DNA from: an uncultured Clostridia bacterium
GTDB taxonomy: Bacteria; Bacillota; Clostridia; Tissierellales; Sedimentibacteraceae
Length of the DNA: 64,000 nt
NCBI GenBank assembly: GCA_964501385.1
Contig: CAZCTI010000001.1
Coordinates: 9,159-73,158, forward strand
Direction: 5' to 3'
Positions 51,703 through 62,051 of this stretch are shown here, piece after piece; positions within the stretch are counted from its first letter, which is position 1; every line of letters starts with the position of its first letter. Under the pieces are notes generated by a model that made no database searches, was not told where the DNA came from, and saw nothing but the letters and a program-made list of their open reading frames with translations. The translations under genes and the position numbers were made by a program.

Positions 51703-52966
51703 TATCTCCTGTTATAAAGTTTTCGTACTGTGCTTTTTCATTATCGTATAATAAGCACTTAAGTGAGACACCTTCGCCATCAAACTTCGCATTTTCAGTT
51801 ATTCTGTTTTCATAAAGCCAATAATAAATTTTCAACTGATCATTAGGAATTTGTAAGTTGCAATAACTTTTTGAACCGTTTATTTTGCTGTCTACGGTCT
51901 CTAACAACAATTCAATATTGTGCTTGTTTTTTGCTGAAATATAAATAATATCATTGGTTGATAAAGTACTTATTTTTTCATTCAATATTTTATCTATTTT
52001 ATTATAAACAGTTAAAACAGGTATTTCCTTGTCTGTAATTTTTTCAACTAATTTAGTTGTTGTTTCCTTATGTACGGACAAATTTTCATCATTAATATCA
52101 ATCAAATGAATTATTAAATCGGCATATTTTATTTCTTCCAACGTTCCTTTGAATGCTTCTACAATTTGTGTAGGAAGCTTCTTAATAAATCCTACAGTAT
52201 CTGAAAAAATTACTCTTCTTCCGCCAGGCAATCTCACTCTCCTTAATTCCGTATCAAGTGTTGCAAAAAGCATATCATGAGCAAATACCTTCTTGTTTTC
52301 TGCTTCTTCCTTATATTCACTTTCAACCAAAGCATTTAATAATGTTGATTTCCCTGCATTTGTATATCCTACTATAGATATTATGGGAACTTGGTCCTTC
52401 ATTCTTTTCTTTCGTTTAGTTTCTCTAGCTTTACCTAAATCCTCTAATTGATTTTGAATGTCATAAATTTTTTCTTTTATTCTTCTTCTGTCTATTTCTA
52501 ACTTTTGCTCGCCGGGACCTCTGGTACCAATTCCTCCTCCTAATCGTGAAAGGTTTTTATTAACACCTATAAGTCTTGGAAGACTGTATTTTAGCTGTGC
52601 TAATTCTACCTGAAGCTGTCCTTCCCTTGTAAGAGCTCTGTTTGCAAATATGTCAAGTATAAGGCTGGTTCTGTCTATAACCTTTGTTTCAACAATTTCT
52701 TCTATATTTCTTATTTGGGAGCCGCTTAATTCATCATTGAAAATCACTGTATCTATATCTAATTCTTTAACATAATTCGCTATTTCGTCTATTTTACCTT
52801 GACCGGTATAAAATCTGTTATCAATACTTATTCTATTTTGAACAATGCTTGAAATTACTTCACCACCTGCAGCTTCAACCAATTGTTCTAATTCTTCCAT
52901 ATCATTTTCTTCTTGCTTATCACTTGACAGCTGTACTGCAACCAACAAACATCTTTCCTTCTCCAT
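51692..52966 (-). CDS. hflX: GTPase HflX
   Basis: GIGTRGPGE, GYTNAGKST, LFATLD, DTVGF, NKID; ATG 52966 with RBS. Confidence 0.96.
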   Translation of the reverse strand: MEKERCLLVAVQLSSDKQEENDMEELEQLVEAAGGEVISSIVQNRISIDNRFYTGQGKIDEIANYVKELDIDTVIFNDELSGSQIRNIEEIVETKVIDRTSLILDIFANRALTREGQLQVELAQLKYSLPRLIGVNKNLSRLGGGIGTRGPGEQKLEIDRRRIKEKIYDIQNQLEDLGKARETKRKKRMKDQVPIISIVGYTNAGKSTLLNALVESEYKEEAENKKVFAHDMLFATLDTELRRVRLPGGRRVIFSDTVGFIKKLPTQIVEAFKGTLEEIKYADLIIHLIDINDENLSVHKETTTKLVEKITDKEIPVLTVYNKIDKILNEKISTLSTNDIIYISAKNKHNIELLLETVDSKINGSKSYCNLQIPNDQLKIYYWLYENRITENAKFDGEGVSLKCLLYDNEKAQYENFITGDSDD

Positions 52967-53090
52967 TTTTTCCTCCGTGAACCTTAATGTATGTATATTA
53001 CCCACTAACATAAACAATATAACACTATGAATGCTATTTTGCAATTTTGTTTTCTTATGTCTCACTAATTTTTCTTCGTGATTATAATCC

Positions 53091-53216
53091 TGGACATTAC
53101 ACCTGCCTCAAAGACTATCCCAAGTACGGGACATTCCTTCATGGGGATGCTTTAAAGTCTTGCCCGCCATGAAGGTGTCCCCCCCTTCCTTTAAAGAGGT
53201 GTGCACCTGCCTTTAA
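53091..53216. repeat. Family B repeat nested in another family B copy
   Basis: ggacatt..cctcaaagactatccc [aagtacgggacattccttcatgg...ccatgaaggtgtcccc] ..agaggtgtg. Confidence 0.8.
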
Positions 53217-53358
53217 GATATTCTTAATTTTTTTCTCTGTGATTTTCAACTATTGATTTCATGCTTTTTCTATTATATAATATGTAAGATAATAAAATCT
53301 TTGGTAATATTAGTTTTATTTGTGGTATACTAACTAATGCATCAAAGCGGAGGTATTT

Positions 53359-56300
53359 ATGTCAAAAGAAAAAAAGAACCCTGAAATAAATGAAAGTAAT
53401 GTAGAATCAAAAAATAAAACTGACAAAAAAAAGAGAAGGGCAAAAAAGAAAAGGAGGGTTATAATACGTGTAACTCTGCTTTTAATTCTTGTAGCAATAA
53501 TAATTGTCGGTGGGGCTATTTTCGGAATGGTTATGGGAATAATAAAAAATGCTCCTGAAATTGACCCTACAAATGTACTCAAAATGCTGACTGAAAGTTC
53601 AGAAATTGTTGATGAAAACGGAAATGTAATAGAGCAAATTCATGACCCAAACGAGAACAGAGAAATTGTACCACTTAATCAAATACCAAAACATTTACAG
53701 GATGCTTTTATTGCAATTGAGGATCATCGATTTGAAGAACATTTTGGTATTGACTTAAGACGTATTGCAGGTTCCCTTGTTTACAATGTAAAAGTAGGTG
53801 ACCCTACTGCACAAGGTGCAAGTACCATAACACAACAGCTTGTTAAAAATTTATACCTGTCAAGCGATAAAGTATGGGAGCGAAAAATCACAGAAATTTA
53901 TTTGGCTATTAAGGTTGAAAGAATACTTTCCAAGGAGCAAATTCTTGAGAATTACCTAAACACCATACCATTAGGACAAAGCCAATACGGAGTTCAAGCA
54001 GCATCCTATGCATATTTTTCAAAAGATGTAAGTGAGCTTACTTTAGCAGAAAGTGCCTTGTTAACAGGTGCTGCAAAAAGTACGGTAGTATATGCTCCTT
54101 TCAATCGTTATAATTTAGATGATATAAATGATATTCCCGAAGAAGATATTGTAGGATATGTATACATAGGCTCTGTTCAATATGCTTGTGTGTATAACCA
54201 AAAAGCAATAGACAGACAACATACTATATTAAATAGAATGCTTGAATTAGAATTTATATCACAAGAAGAATATGATGCTGCCATGGCAGAAGATATGCGT
54301 ATAGCATTAAACCCTGGACAGACAAAAATTGAGGGTATTTCATCAACTCCTATGGATTATGTAAAAGAAAAGGTAATAGAAGATTTAATGATTGCTCAAG
54401 GTAAAACATACGAAGAAGCTGAAAGTTATCTATATAAAGGCGGATTAACTATTACTTCAACAATTGATGTAAATATTCAAAAATCCTTGGAAAAATCCTA
54501 CGAAAACTTTTCTGTGTTATATTTGGGTGCTGAACCGTCCACTGATAAGCCAATTGCACAGGACTGGAGATATTTTAAATGGTCAGGCGGCGAAGGAACA
54601 GGAATGCTTGATTCAGGCTTAAATATTTTAAATGAAAATGGTCAGCTTATATTCTACGCAAAAGAAAACATAATGGATGAAGAAAATGGCATATACCTTA
54701 ACGCTGATGAGTACAGCTTAGATGAAGGTGGCAACTTAGTAATTAAATCAAAGAAATTTGATATATACTCTTCAACAATTGATATTGTTGATGCATATAC
54801 AATAGATGATAAAATGAATTTTGTTTCTCACTCAATAGGAGCCCTAAATGTGGGACCCAATTATGAAGTCATTGAAAAAAGCGGAACAAAGGGAACCTTT
54901 AAAATACCTAAAACCTATATAAATAAAAATCCTGAAATGTTTAACATAGGCAATGACGGTGTGTTAAGAATACCGGAAGGGTATTTCTTCTTTCAGGAAA
55001 AAGGTATTGTACAGCCCCAGTCTGCATCTGTTATTATGGATTACAGAACAGGAAAAATAAAAGCAATGATTGGCGGAAGACAAATTGAGGGAAGCAAGAC
55101 ATTCAACAGAGCTGCTGATGCTGCAAGACAGCCTGGTTCCACAATAAAACCGCTGTCTGTATATTTACCGGCTCTTGATTTGGGGTATTCAGCTGCTTAT
55201 CCAATCGATGACTTGCCAAAATATAATAAAAACAACGACAGATGGCCAAAAAACTGGTACGAACACAGAAGTATCAAGTATTGGGGTATTACAACTTTAA
55301 GAAAATCAATAGAACAGTCAATCAATACAAATGCAGTTACAATGCTTGAAACAATAGGACTTGATGCAGCAATAAGCTCCTTGACAAACTTAGGATTAAT
55401 AAACCAAAAGGATCCTTCTAAAGATTCATTTGTATCTCCTCAAGAGAATACGGCATACAACGATGTAAACTTAGCATCTCTTGCGTTGGGAGGGCTTACA
55501 AAAGGATTTTCCCCTTTAGGAATGACTGCTGCCTATGGAGCAATTGCCAATGACGGAGTATATATTGAACCCATAGTTTATACTAAGGTTGTTAATTCTA
55601 AAGGCGAAACAATACTTGATAATATACCGGAAACACATGTTGCAGTTAGTCCTGACGTTGCATCATTAATGAAGGATATTTTAAGAACAACCGTAAATCC
55701 AGGGCTTTCTTACAGAGCAAAGCTTCCGGGAGAATTAGGTATTGACGTTGCAGGAAAAACAGGTACTACTCAAGCTAACGGAGATTTTTGGTTTGTTGGA
55801 TTTTCTCCATATTATGTGGGAGGAATTTGGGTTGGAAATGATAATGTTCAAATGAAACTTTCAGGAGACAGCGGCAACAATGCAAGACTTTGGAGTGCAA
55901 TTATGACTCCTATCCATCAAGGTTTACCTCCTGCAACATTTACACGCAGTCCAAATTTAATACCTGTAAGTGTCTGTTCTCAATCAGGAAAGCTTCCGGG
56001 TGACCTTTGTGCTCATGACCAAAGAGGAAGTCAAGTTATAACTGAATATTTTGTTCCCGGTACTCAACCAACAGAAACATGTGACATACATGTCAAGGTT
56101 GAAGTATGCACAAGCTCAAATATGCTTAAATCTCAATACTGTCCGGGCAATTTGGTTGAAGAACGTGTTTTTGTTTTAAGAGACCCTCTTTACGACCCTG
56201 AAGCAAAGACACCAAATTATGAAGCAAAAAAATTATATCAACAAATTTTGGAAGATAGAATTATATTTACATTAGAGGAACTTAAACAAATATATGCAGG

Positions 56301-56613
56301 TCAAATAACAATTGATGAAAGCGGCCAAATAACTCATGTAGCAGGAATAGAAGTTGCAAATTTAGGTAATTCAGGGCTGATAACAGAAGATTATCAGTAT
56401 CAGGTTCCTACAAGAACTTGTTATTATCACACTAAGTGGCATTATGACCAGTGGCGGGATGAGGAACAAAACGGCGGTGAAAATGGTAACGGAAATGGCA
56501 ATGGAAATGGAGATGCTTTGGAAGACATAATAAATGATATAATTGATGAATTTGAAGGTTCAGAAGAAGAACCGTCAGAAATAGATGAAATATTGGAATC
56601 AGTAGAAAACTAA
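53359..56613 (+). CDS. Class A penicillin-binding protein (PBP1A)
   Basis: EDHRF, QGASTITQQL, RQPGSTIK, SIN, GKTGT; C-terminal Cys-containing extension. Confidence 0.94.
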   Translation: MSKEKKNPEINESNVESKNKTDKKKRRAKKKRRVIIRVTLLLILVAIIIVGGAIFGMVMGIIKNAPEIDPTNVLKMLTESSEIVDENGNVIEQIHDPNENREIVPLNQIPKHLQDAFIAIEDHRFEEHFGIDLRRIAGSLVYNVKVGDPTAQGASTITQQLVKNLYLSSDKVWERKITEIYLAIKVERILSKEQILENYLNTIPLGQSQYGVQAASYAYFSKDVSELTLAESALLTGAAKSTVVYAPFNRYNLDDINDIPEEDIVGYVYIGSVQYACVYNQKAIDRQHTILNRMLELEFISQEEYDAAMAEDMRIALNPGQTKIEGISSTPMDYVKEKVIEDLMIAQGKTYEEAESYLYKGGLTITSTIDVNIQKSLEKSYENFSVLYLGAEPSTDKPIAQDWRYFKWSGGEGTGMLDSGLNILNENGQLIFYAKENIMDEENGIYLNADEYSLDEGGNLVIKSKKFDIYSSTIDIVDAYTIDDKMNFVSHSIGALNVGPNYEVIEKSGTKGTFKIPKTYINKNPEMFNIGNDGVLRIPEGYFFFQEKGIVQPQSASVIMDYRTGKIKAMIGGRQIEGSKTFNRAADAARQPGSTIKPLSVYLPALDLGYSAAYPIDDLPKYNKNNDRWPKNWYEHRSIKYWGITTLRKSIEQSINTNAVTMLETIGLDAAISSLTNLGLINQKDPSKDSFVSPQENTAYNDVNLASLALGGLTKGFSPLGMTAAYGAIANDGVYIEPIVYTKVVNSKGETILDNIPETHVAVSPDVASLMKDILRTTVNPGLSYRAKLPGELGIDVAGKTGTTQANGDFWFVGFSPYYVGGIWVGNDNVQMKLSGDSGNNARLWSAIMTPIHQGLPPATFTRSPNLIPVSVCSQSGKLPGDLCAHDQRGSQVITEYFVPGTQPTETCDIHVKVEVCTSSNMLKSQYCPGNLVEERVFVLRDPLYDPEAKTPNYEAKKLYQQILEDRIIFTLEELKQIYAGQITIDESGQITHVAGIEVANLGNSGLITEDYQYQVPTRTCYYHTKWHYDQWRDEEQNGGENGNGNGNGNGDALEDIINDIIDEFEGSEEEPSEIDEILESVEN

Positions 56614-56650
56614 GCAGACGACCCAAATCTTCGATTTGGTGTCGGTCGCT

Positions 56651-56754
56651 TATCCTGAGCAAAGCGAAGGATCTCATAGTACGGGGACATTCCTCCTACC
56701 AGCATAAATAGGGAGGTGTGTCCCCATACCTTTAATAAATGGCGTTAGGTCATA
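56651..56754. repeat. A-half + B + collapsed C composite repeat
   Basis: atcctgagc..gcgaaggatctc, gtacggggacattcctc..gaggtgtgtcccc, aatgg.gttaggtcata. Confidence 0.88.
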
Positions 56755-57111
56755 CTATTTATTTCCTTTCGGATTAAATATTACTGCAACGATGTAACCA
56801 AATATTAATGCTGCTGCTACTCCCGGTGCTGTTCTTATTACCCCCCCACTAAGTGCACCCATAAATCCTTTTTCAGCAGCCTCTTCCATTGCTCCTTTAG
56901 CCAATGAATTTCCAAACCCAAGGAGTGGAACAGTTGCTCCTGAATGCCCTATTTCAACTAATTTATCATACACTCCTAAAAATCCTAATACAGTTCCTGC
57001 TACTACTAATAAAACAAGCAGATAAGCATTATTTTTCTTGAATGTATCGATTATAATCTGTCCTATAACACAAATCAAACCGCCTATAACAAAACTCATA
57101 ACATAATTCAT
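56755..57111 (-). CDS. spoVAE: Stage V sporulation protein AE (AEb)
   Basis: GGLICVIGQ, GATVPL.GFG, FNPK. Confidence 0.92.
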   Translation of the reverse strand: MNYVMSFVIGGLICVIGQIIIDTFKKNNAYLLVLLVVAGTVLGFLGVYDKLVEIGHSGATVPLLGFGNSLAKGAMEEAAEKGFMGALSGGVIRTAPGVAAALIFGYIVAVIFNPKGNK

Positions 57112-57119
57112 AATTCCTC

Positions 57120-58112
57120 CTATACTTCAATGCCTAAGCAATGGGCGATTCCCGGAATACTTTCACCCTGAAGAGTTGCAGTCGGTGAATGTAGTGCTCC
57201 CGTAGATGTAAACAAGAGTTTCTTTATTTCATTATTTAATAGTTTTTTATAAAAGAATGAACCAAATACTGTTGCTGAACATCCACAACCACTTCCTCCC
57301 GCATGTACATCCTGTTTTTTAATATCAAAAATTATGGTACCACAGTCATCATATTTTGATTCAATACTCTTATTATCTTCATTAAACATTTTATTTACTA
57401 TACTTTTGCCTACAGTTCCTAAATCACCGGTTACAATTAAATCATAATCAATACCTGTATCTTGAAGGTGTTGACTTAATGAATCGTACGCAGCCGGTGC
57501 CATGGCAGCACCCATATTATTTGCATCTTTAACGCCCAAATCAACTATTTTTCCAAAAGTTACATGTTTGATTTTTGGACCATTTCCGTGGTTTGAAAGC
57601 CATACTGCTGCAGAGCCAGTTACTGTCCACTGGGCTGACATATGGCGTTGTCCTCCCATTTCGAGAGGAAGTCTGTATTGTCTTTCTGCACTGCAGAAGT
57701 GACTTGATGTAACACAAATTATATTTTCAGCAAATCCTCCGTCAATTAATAAGGCACCCAATCCCATTGTCAATGTCATGGTAGAACAGGCACCATATAC
57801 ACCTATGTATGGCAATTCCAATTCTCTTGCAGCAAAAGAAGATGATGTGATTTGATTTAATAAATCTCCTGAAATTAGCAGGTCAATATTTTCATTTATC
57901 AAACTATTTTTGTTTTTTAAATTTTCTACTGCAGATTTCTGCAATTTCAATTCACATTTTTCCCAGGAATCTTCTCCCCACAAATCATCATCAATTACCA
58001 TATCAAATTTATCCTTAAGAGGTCCTTGACCTTCCTTATGTCCGGCTATTGTATATGTGTCTCTTATTACGACATCGTCTTTTATTTTAAATGTTCTGCC
58101 TATTTTTTTCAT
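57120..58112 (-). CDS. spoVAD: Stage V sporulation protein AD
   Basis: GDLLNQ, GACST, SSHFCSAERQYR, QWTVTG, GGSGCGC. Confidence 0.96.
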   Translation of the reverse strand: MKKIGRTFKIKDDVVIRDTYTIAGHKEGQGPLKDKFDMVIDDDLWGEDSWEKCELKLQKSAVENLKNKNSLINENIDLLISGDLLNQITSSSFAARELELPYIGVYGACSTMTLTMGLGALLIDGGFAENIICVTSSHFCSAERQYRLPLEMGGQRHMSAQWTVTGSAAVWLSNHGNGPKIKHVTFGKIVDLGVKDANNMGAAMAPAAYDSLSQHLQDTGIDYDLIVTGDLGTVGKSIVNKMFNEDNKSIESKYDDCGTIIFDIKKQDVHAGGSGCGCSATVFGSFFYKKLLNNEIKKLLFTSTGALHSPTATLQGESIPGIAHCLGIEV

Positions 58113-58122
58113 ACTTCCTCCC

Positions 58123-58563
58123 TTATTTAAAAGCCATGCTTAATAAGCCTGCTATAAAAGAAGAAAAATATCCAAAAACTAATACTGGTCCTGCTAATTT
58201 GAAAATATTGGCAGCTGTTCCTAAGATAAATCCTTCTTTTTTATATTCCATAGCAGGAGAAACTACTGAATTTGCAAATCCTGTTATTGGTACTACAGTT
58301 CCTGCTCCCCCAACTTTGCCAAGCTTATCGTACCAGCCTAAACCTGTTAACACCGCACTTAATCCAACTAAAACTACTGATGTCATGGGTGATGCTTCAT
58401 CATCAGATATACCAAGCCAGGCTACAAATGAATCATTTATAATTTCCCCCAATACACAAATTGCTCCCCCAAAAATAAATGCCATTATACAATTTTTAAG
58501 CATTTTATTTTTGGGAGTTAACTCATCAACTACCTTTTTATAGTTGTCTTTATTATATTTCAT
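58123..58563 (-). CDS. spoVAC: Stage V sporulation protein AC
   Basis: GGAIC, GAG..VPITGFANS, FKLAGPV. Confidence 0.95.
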   Translation of the reverse strand: MKYNKDNYKKVVDELTPKNKMLKNCIMAFIFGGAICVLGEIINDSFVAWLGISDDEASPMTSVVLVGLSAVLTGLGWYDKLGKVGGAGTVVPITGFANSVVSPAMEYKKEGFILGTAANIFKLAGPVLVFGYFSSFIAGLLSMAFK

Positions 58564-58598
58564 ATTTCCTCCGGTATCTTTGAAATAGCTAACTAATA

Positions 58599-58718
58599 CT
58601 ATAATAAAACAGCACTTTCAGGGATTTTTTTAAGCGATCTGTCTATACTGTTACCAAAGTAAAAAGCAGTTAAGCCAATAATCAAGATTATTATTAATAA
58701 AAAAATCTTCTTTTTCAT
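58599..58718 (-). CDS. 39-aa single-TM small protein leading the spoVA operon
   Basis: GAGGTG RBS; MKKKIFLLIIILIIGLTAFYFGNSIDRSLKKIPESAVLL*. Confidence 0.65.
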   Translation of the reverse strand: MKKKIFLLIIILIIGLTAFYFGNSIDRSLKKIPESAVLL

Positions 58719-58735
58719 ATAATTCACCTCATAAG

Positions 58736-58764
58736 TATTATTTGCAAAAAAGATTTTTGAATAC
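58736..58764 (-). promoter_or_regulatory. Sigma-G/F-type promoter of the spoVA operon
   Basis: GTATT-N15-CAAATAATA, matching the spoVT promoter. Confidence 0.6.
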
Positions 58765-58851
58765 TAAAAAAAAGCACTAAAAGTGCCTTTTTTATTATAA
58801 TTTGTTAAATTTTACTTCTTTATCATTTCTAAAAACAATCGTAACTTAAGT

Positions 58852-58920
58852 GTCATTCTGAACGTAGTGAAGAATCTCACTCTTTAAAACATGAGATTCT
58901 TCGCTTAAGCTCAGAATGAC
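58852..58920. repeat. Family A palindromic repeat (complete hairpin)
   Basis: gtcattctgaacgtagtgaagaatctca ... tgagattcttcgcttaagctcagaatgac. Confidence 0.92.
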
Positions 58921-58956
58921 AAATCTTCGATTTGTATTTTTCAGTACACAAACCTT

Positions 58957-59436
58957 TTATTCATCCTCTTCCAAATTTTCATCATTAATTTCTTCATTTA
59001 ATGTCTTTTGTTTTTTCTCAACTATTTTTTTTCTTAATATAACTTTTGTTCCAACATTCTTTTCTGACAACACTTCAAGTTCATCCATAAATGATTCCAT
59101 AACAGAAAATCCCATTCCAGAACGTTCAAGCTCCGGTCGTGTTGTAAACAAAGGCTCTCTTGCCTTTTTTACATCTGTGATTCCACAACCAAAATCTTCA
59201 ACTATTATTTCTACTACCTGCCCCTCAATCGTGCACTTTATTTCAATTTCACCAATTACATCTTCATAAGCATGTACAACTGCATTTGTAACTGCCTCAG
59301 ACACTGCTGTCTTAATATCTGATATTTCGTTCATTGTTGGATTCAAACTTGAGCAAAATGCTGCAACTGTTGCTCTTGCAAAGGATTCATTAACAGATAG
59401 ACTCGGTATTTTAATATATACATAATTATTATGCAT
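58957..59436 (-). CDS. spoIIAB: Anti-sigma F factor
   Basis: NESFAR, IKTAVSEAVTN, EPLFTTRPELERSGMGF. Confidence 0.96.
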   Translation of the reverse strand: MHNNYVYIKIPSLSVNESFARATVAAFCSSLNPTMNEISDIKTAVSEAVTNAVVHAYEDVIGEIEIKCTIEGQVVEIIVEDFGCGITDVKKAREPLFTTRPELERSGMGFSVMESFMDELEVLSEKNVGTKVILRKKIVEKKQKTLNEEINDENLEEDE

Positions 59437-59445
59437 TTCATCCCC

Positions 59446-59751
59446 CTATTTAATATTAATTATTTTTCCAATGCCGCTCATGTCAAGAATCTTTCTTACT
59501 TTTTTGCTGGCATGTACTATTTCAATTACACCGTTTCGTTTCCTAATGACTTTGTATCGTCCTATAACGAACCCGATACCTGAACTGTCAATAAAATCAA
59601 GACCTTTAAAATCTATTACCAATTTATTGAACTTATCATTTTTAATTTTTTCATCAATCAAAACTCTTGCTTCATCGGCTCCGTGATGGTCTAACTCACC
59701 CTTGAGTTTGATTGTCAACACTTGTCCTGTTTCTATAAACTGAATATTCAC
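59446..59751 (-). CDS. spoIIAA: Anti-anti-sigma F factor
   Basis: GELDHH, FIDSSGIG.VIGRYK; probable GTG start at 59751. Confidence 0.93.
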   Translation of the reverse strand: MNIQFIETGQVLTIKLKGELDHHGADEARVLIDEKIKNDKFNKLVIDFKGLDFIDSSGIGFVIGRYKVIRKRNGVIEIVHASKKVRKILDMSGIGKIINIK

Positions 59752-59861
59752 AAAATCATCCTTCCCTTTCTGCATAATGTACAAGCTATTATACTACTTA
59801 TAAAAGGATATTTCTCTGACTTATTTTGATGTTTTTTGTCGATAATTATGTAAATTTCAAT

Positions 59862-61274
59862 TCAACTATCTAAATAAGGAAATAAAAGAGAAAATTCCGA
59901 GCCCTTTCCCGGCGTGCTTTTAACCTTTATTTTACCTTTATGACCTAATACTATTATCTTTGCAATTGAAAGCCCTAATCCATGACCACTTATTTGTTTG
60001 CTTCTTGATTGTTCCGCTCTGTAAAGCCTATCAAATATTTTTTTCAAGTCTTCTTTTTGAATTCCTACACCGGTATCTTCTACTTTAATTACATATAATT
60101 CATCTTGAATATAGCCTGAAACCATAATATATTCGCCATCGGGAGTATATTTCATCGCATTTTCAACCAATATTCTTATTGCCTGCTTAATACGCATTTT
60201 GTCGCCGTAAATTGTTGCATCTTGATAAAATTTAAAATGTAATTTGTGTTTCGTATCAATCATTTTTGTTTCTTTTTCAATTTCATTAAGGACAGTGCAA
60301 ATTCTAAAATCATCCTTTGTAAAATTTAAAGTACTTTTATCGCTTCTCGCAATAAACAATAATTTTTCAATTAAATCCTGCATATTATCCGTTTCATTTT
60401 TAATAGCTACAATTGATTCTTCTAAAACAGATTTGTCGTTTTTTCCCCACCTGTCAAGCATGTTTACATAACCCTTTATTACTGCTATTGGTGTCCTGAG
60501 CTCATGGGAAGCATCTGAAACAAACTGCTGCTGTGTTTTATATCCACCTTCTATTCTGTCCATCATTTCGTTGAAGGTTTGCGACAATTCCTTTAATTCA
60601 TCTTCCGTTCCTTTTATGTCAAGCCTTGTGTTTATATTATTCACTGTAATAGTCTTAGTAATTTCGGTCATATTCTTTATGGGTCCTATAAGCTTGTAGC
60701 TGGTACTTGATACTATGGGTGCAAAAAACATAAGACCTATTGCACCGGATACTAAAACTAAAAAACTTATTCTCCATGCATCACGAAGCATCCCTTCCAT
60801 GGGGTAGCTTATATTCATATAATAATACGACCTATCTTTAATAAAACTTTCCGAGTGAACATATTCATTATCATAAATTATTTTTTCTGCTATTACTAAA
60901 ATACCGTCAGCATATCTTCCGCCTCTGCCTGTTGTGTAAATAGTATTTAAATTTTCGTCAAATATTTCAAAGGAATTGTAGTTTGCTTTTCTTATGTCAA
61001 TATTACTAAAATTTGGGAAGCTTTGAATTATATTTTCAGAATCATTTTTAACTGCTGAATCTTCAAATTTTTGCAATTCAAAAATCAAATATCCTACACT
61101 TGTTGTCAAGGCAACTGTCATTATTATAATAATGTATAATATTAAATATGTGGTAGAAATTTTAAATGCAATAGAAAATTTAAGTCTTTTTAAAAGACCT
61201 ACCAGAACATTTATTATCATTTTTGCCGGATAAAGAACTATGTTTAAAAGTGATTTTAATATTGACTTTATCAT
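59862..61274 (-). CDS. HAMP sensor histidine kinase
   Basis: FVSDASHELRTP, NAMKY, D.GVGI, GHGLGLSIA. Confidence 0.94.
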   Translation of the reverse strand: MIKSILKSLLNIVLYPAKMIINVLVGLLKRLKFSIAFKISTTYLILYIIIIMTVALTTSVGYLIFELQKFEDSAVKNDSENIIQSFPNFSNIDIRKANYNSFEIFDENLNTIYTTGRGGRYADGILVIAEKIIYDNEYVHSESFIKDRSYYYMNISYPMEGMLRDAWRISFLVLVSGAIGLMFFAPIVSSTSYKLIGPIKNMTEITKTITVNNINTRLDIKGTEDELKELSQTFNEMMDRIEGGYKTQQQFVSDASHELRTPIAVIKGYVNMLDRWGKNDKSVLEESIVAIKNETDNMQDLIEKLLFIARSDKSTLNFTKDDFRICTVLNEIEKETKMIDTKHKLHFKFYQDATIYGDKMRIKQAIRILVENAMKYTPDGEYIMVSGYIQDELYVIKVEDTGVGIQKEDLKKIFDRLYRAEQSRSKQISGHGLGLSIAKIIVLGHKGKIKVKSTPGKGSEFSLLFPYLDS

Positions 61275-61284
61275 GTTACTTCCT

Positions 61285-61965
61285 TTAGTCTCTTATTATA
61301 TAGCCTACTCCTCTTACTGTTTCAATAAGATTTACATTGTATTTCTGGTCTATTTTGCTTCTTATGTATCTTATGTATACATCTATAATATTTGTGTCTC
61401 CAAAATAATCATATCCCCATACGCTATCTAAAATTTTTTCTCTTGAAAGAACTATGTTCTTATTTCGCATCAAGTATTCTAACAATTCGAATTCCTTTTT
61501 AGTAAGCTCGATATTTTCATTGTCATACTCTACCTTATAATTATTTTTAGATAATTTCAGCTTACCTATTATCATAGAATCTTCATCATGATTTTTTATG
61601 CTTTTTCTTTTTAACAACACTCTTATGCGTGCCAATAATTCTTCTACCGCAAATGGTTTTGTCATATAATCGTCAGCACCTATGTCAAGACCGGTTACCT
61701 TATCGGAAATATCATCCTTTGCAGTAAGCATTATTATAGGCACATCCGAGGTTTGTCTTATACGTCTGCATACTTCAATTCCGCTTAATCCGGGGAGCAT
61801 TAAATCAAGAATAATCAAATCTACCTCCGGGGATTTCCCTTTTTCAAAACCATCCCTGCCATTGTTTGCTATATCTACATCATAGCCTTCGTATTTTAGT
61901 TCAAGCTCTAAAAACCGTGCTATTTTTTGCTCATCCTCAACTATTAAGATTTTCTTCTTACCCAT
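61285..61965 (-). CDS. OmpR-family response regulator
   Basis: LDLMLP, GADDYMTKPF, TVRGVGY. Confidence 0.95.
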   Translation of the reverse strand: MGKKKILIVEDEQKIARFLELELKYEGYDVDIANNGRDGFEKGKSPEVDLIILDLMLPGLSGIEVCRRIRQTSDVPIIMLTAKDDISDKVTGLDIGADDYMTKPFAVEELLARIRVLLKRKSIKNHDEDSMIIGKLKLSKNNYKVEYDNENIELTKKEFELLEYLMRNKNIVLSREKILDSVWGYDYFGDTNIIDVYIRYIRSKIDQKYNVNLIETVRGVGYIIRD

Positions 61966-62051
61966 AATAACCTCGTTTTTGTTTTATTGTACTATTTTTT
62001 TCCTTATATTTCAATTAGTTTTTGTAATTGCCACGGATAACCCGCCTCATT

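Noticed and set aside
56478-56512. GN-repeat coding stretch in PBP1A
   Set aside because: Ordinary low-complexity linker in a disordered tail
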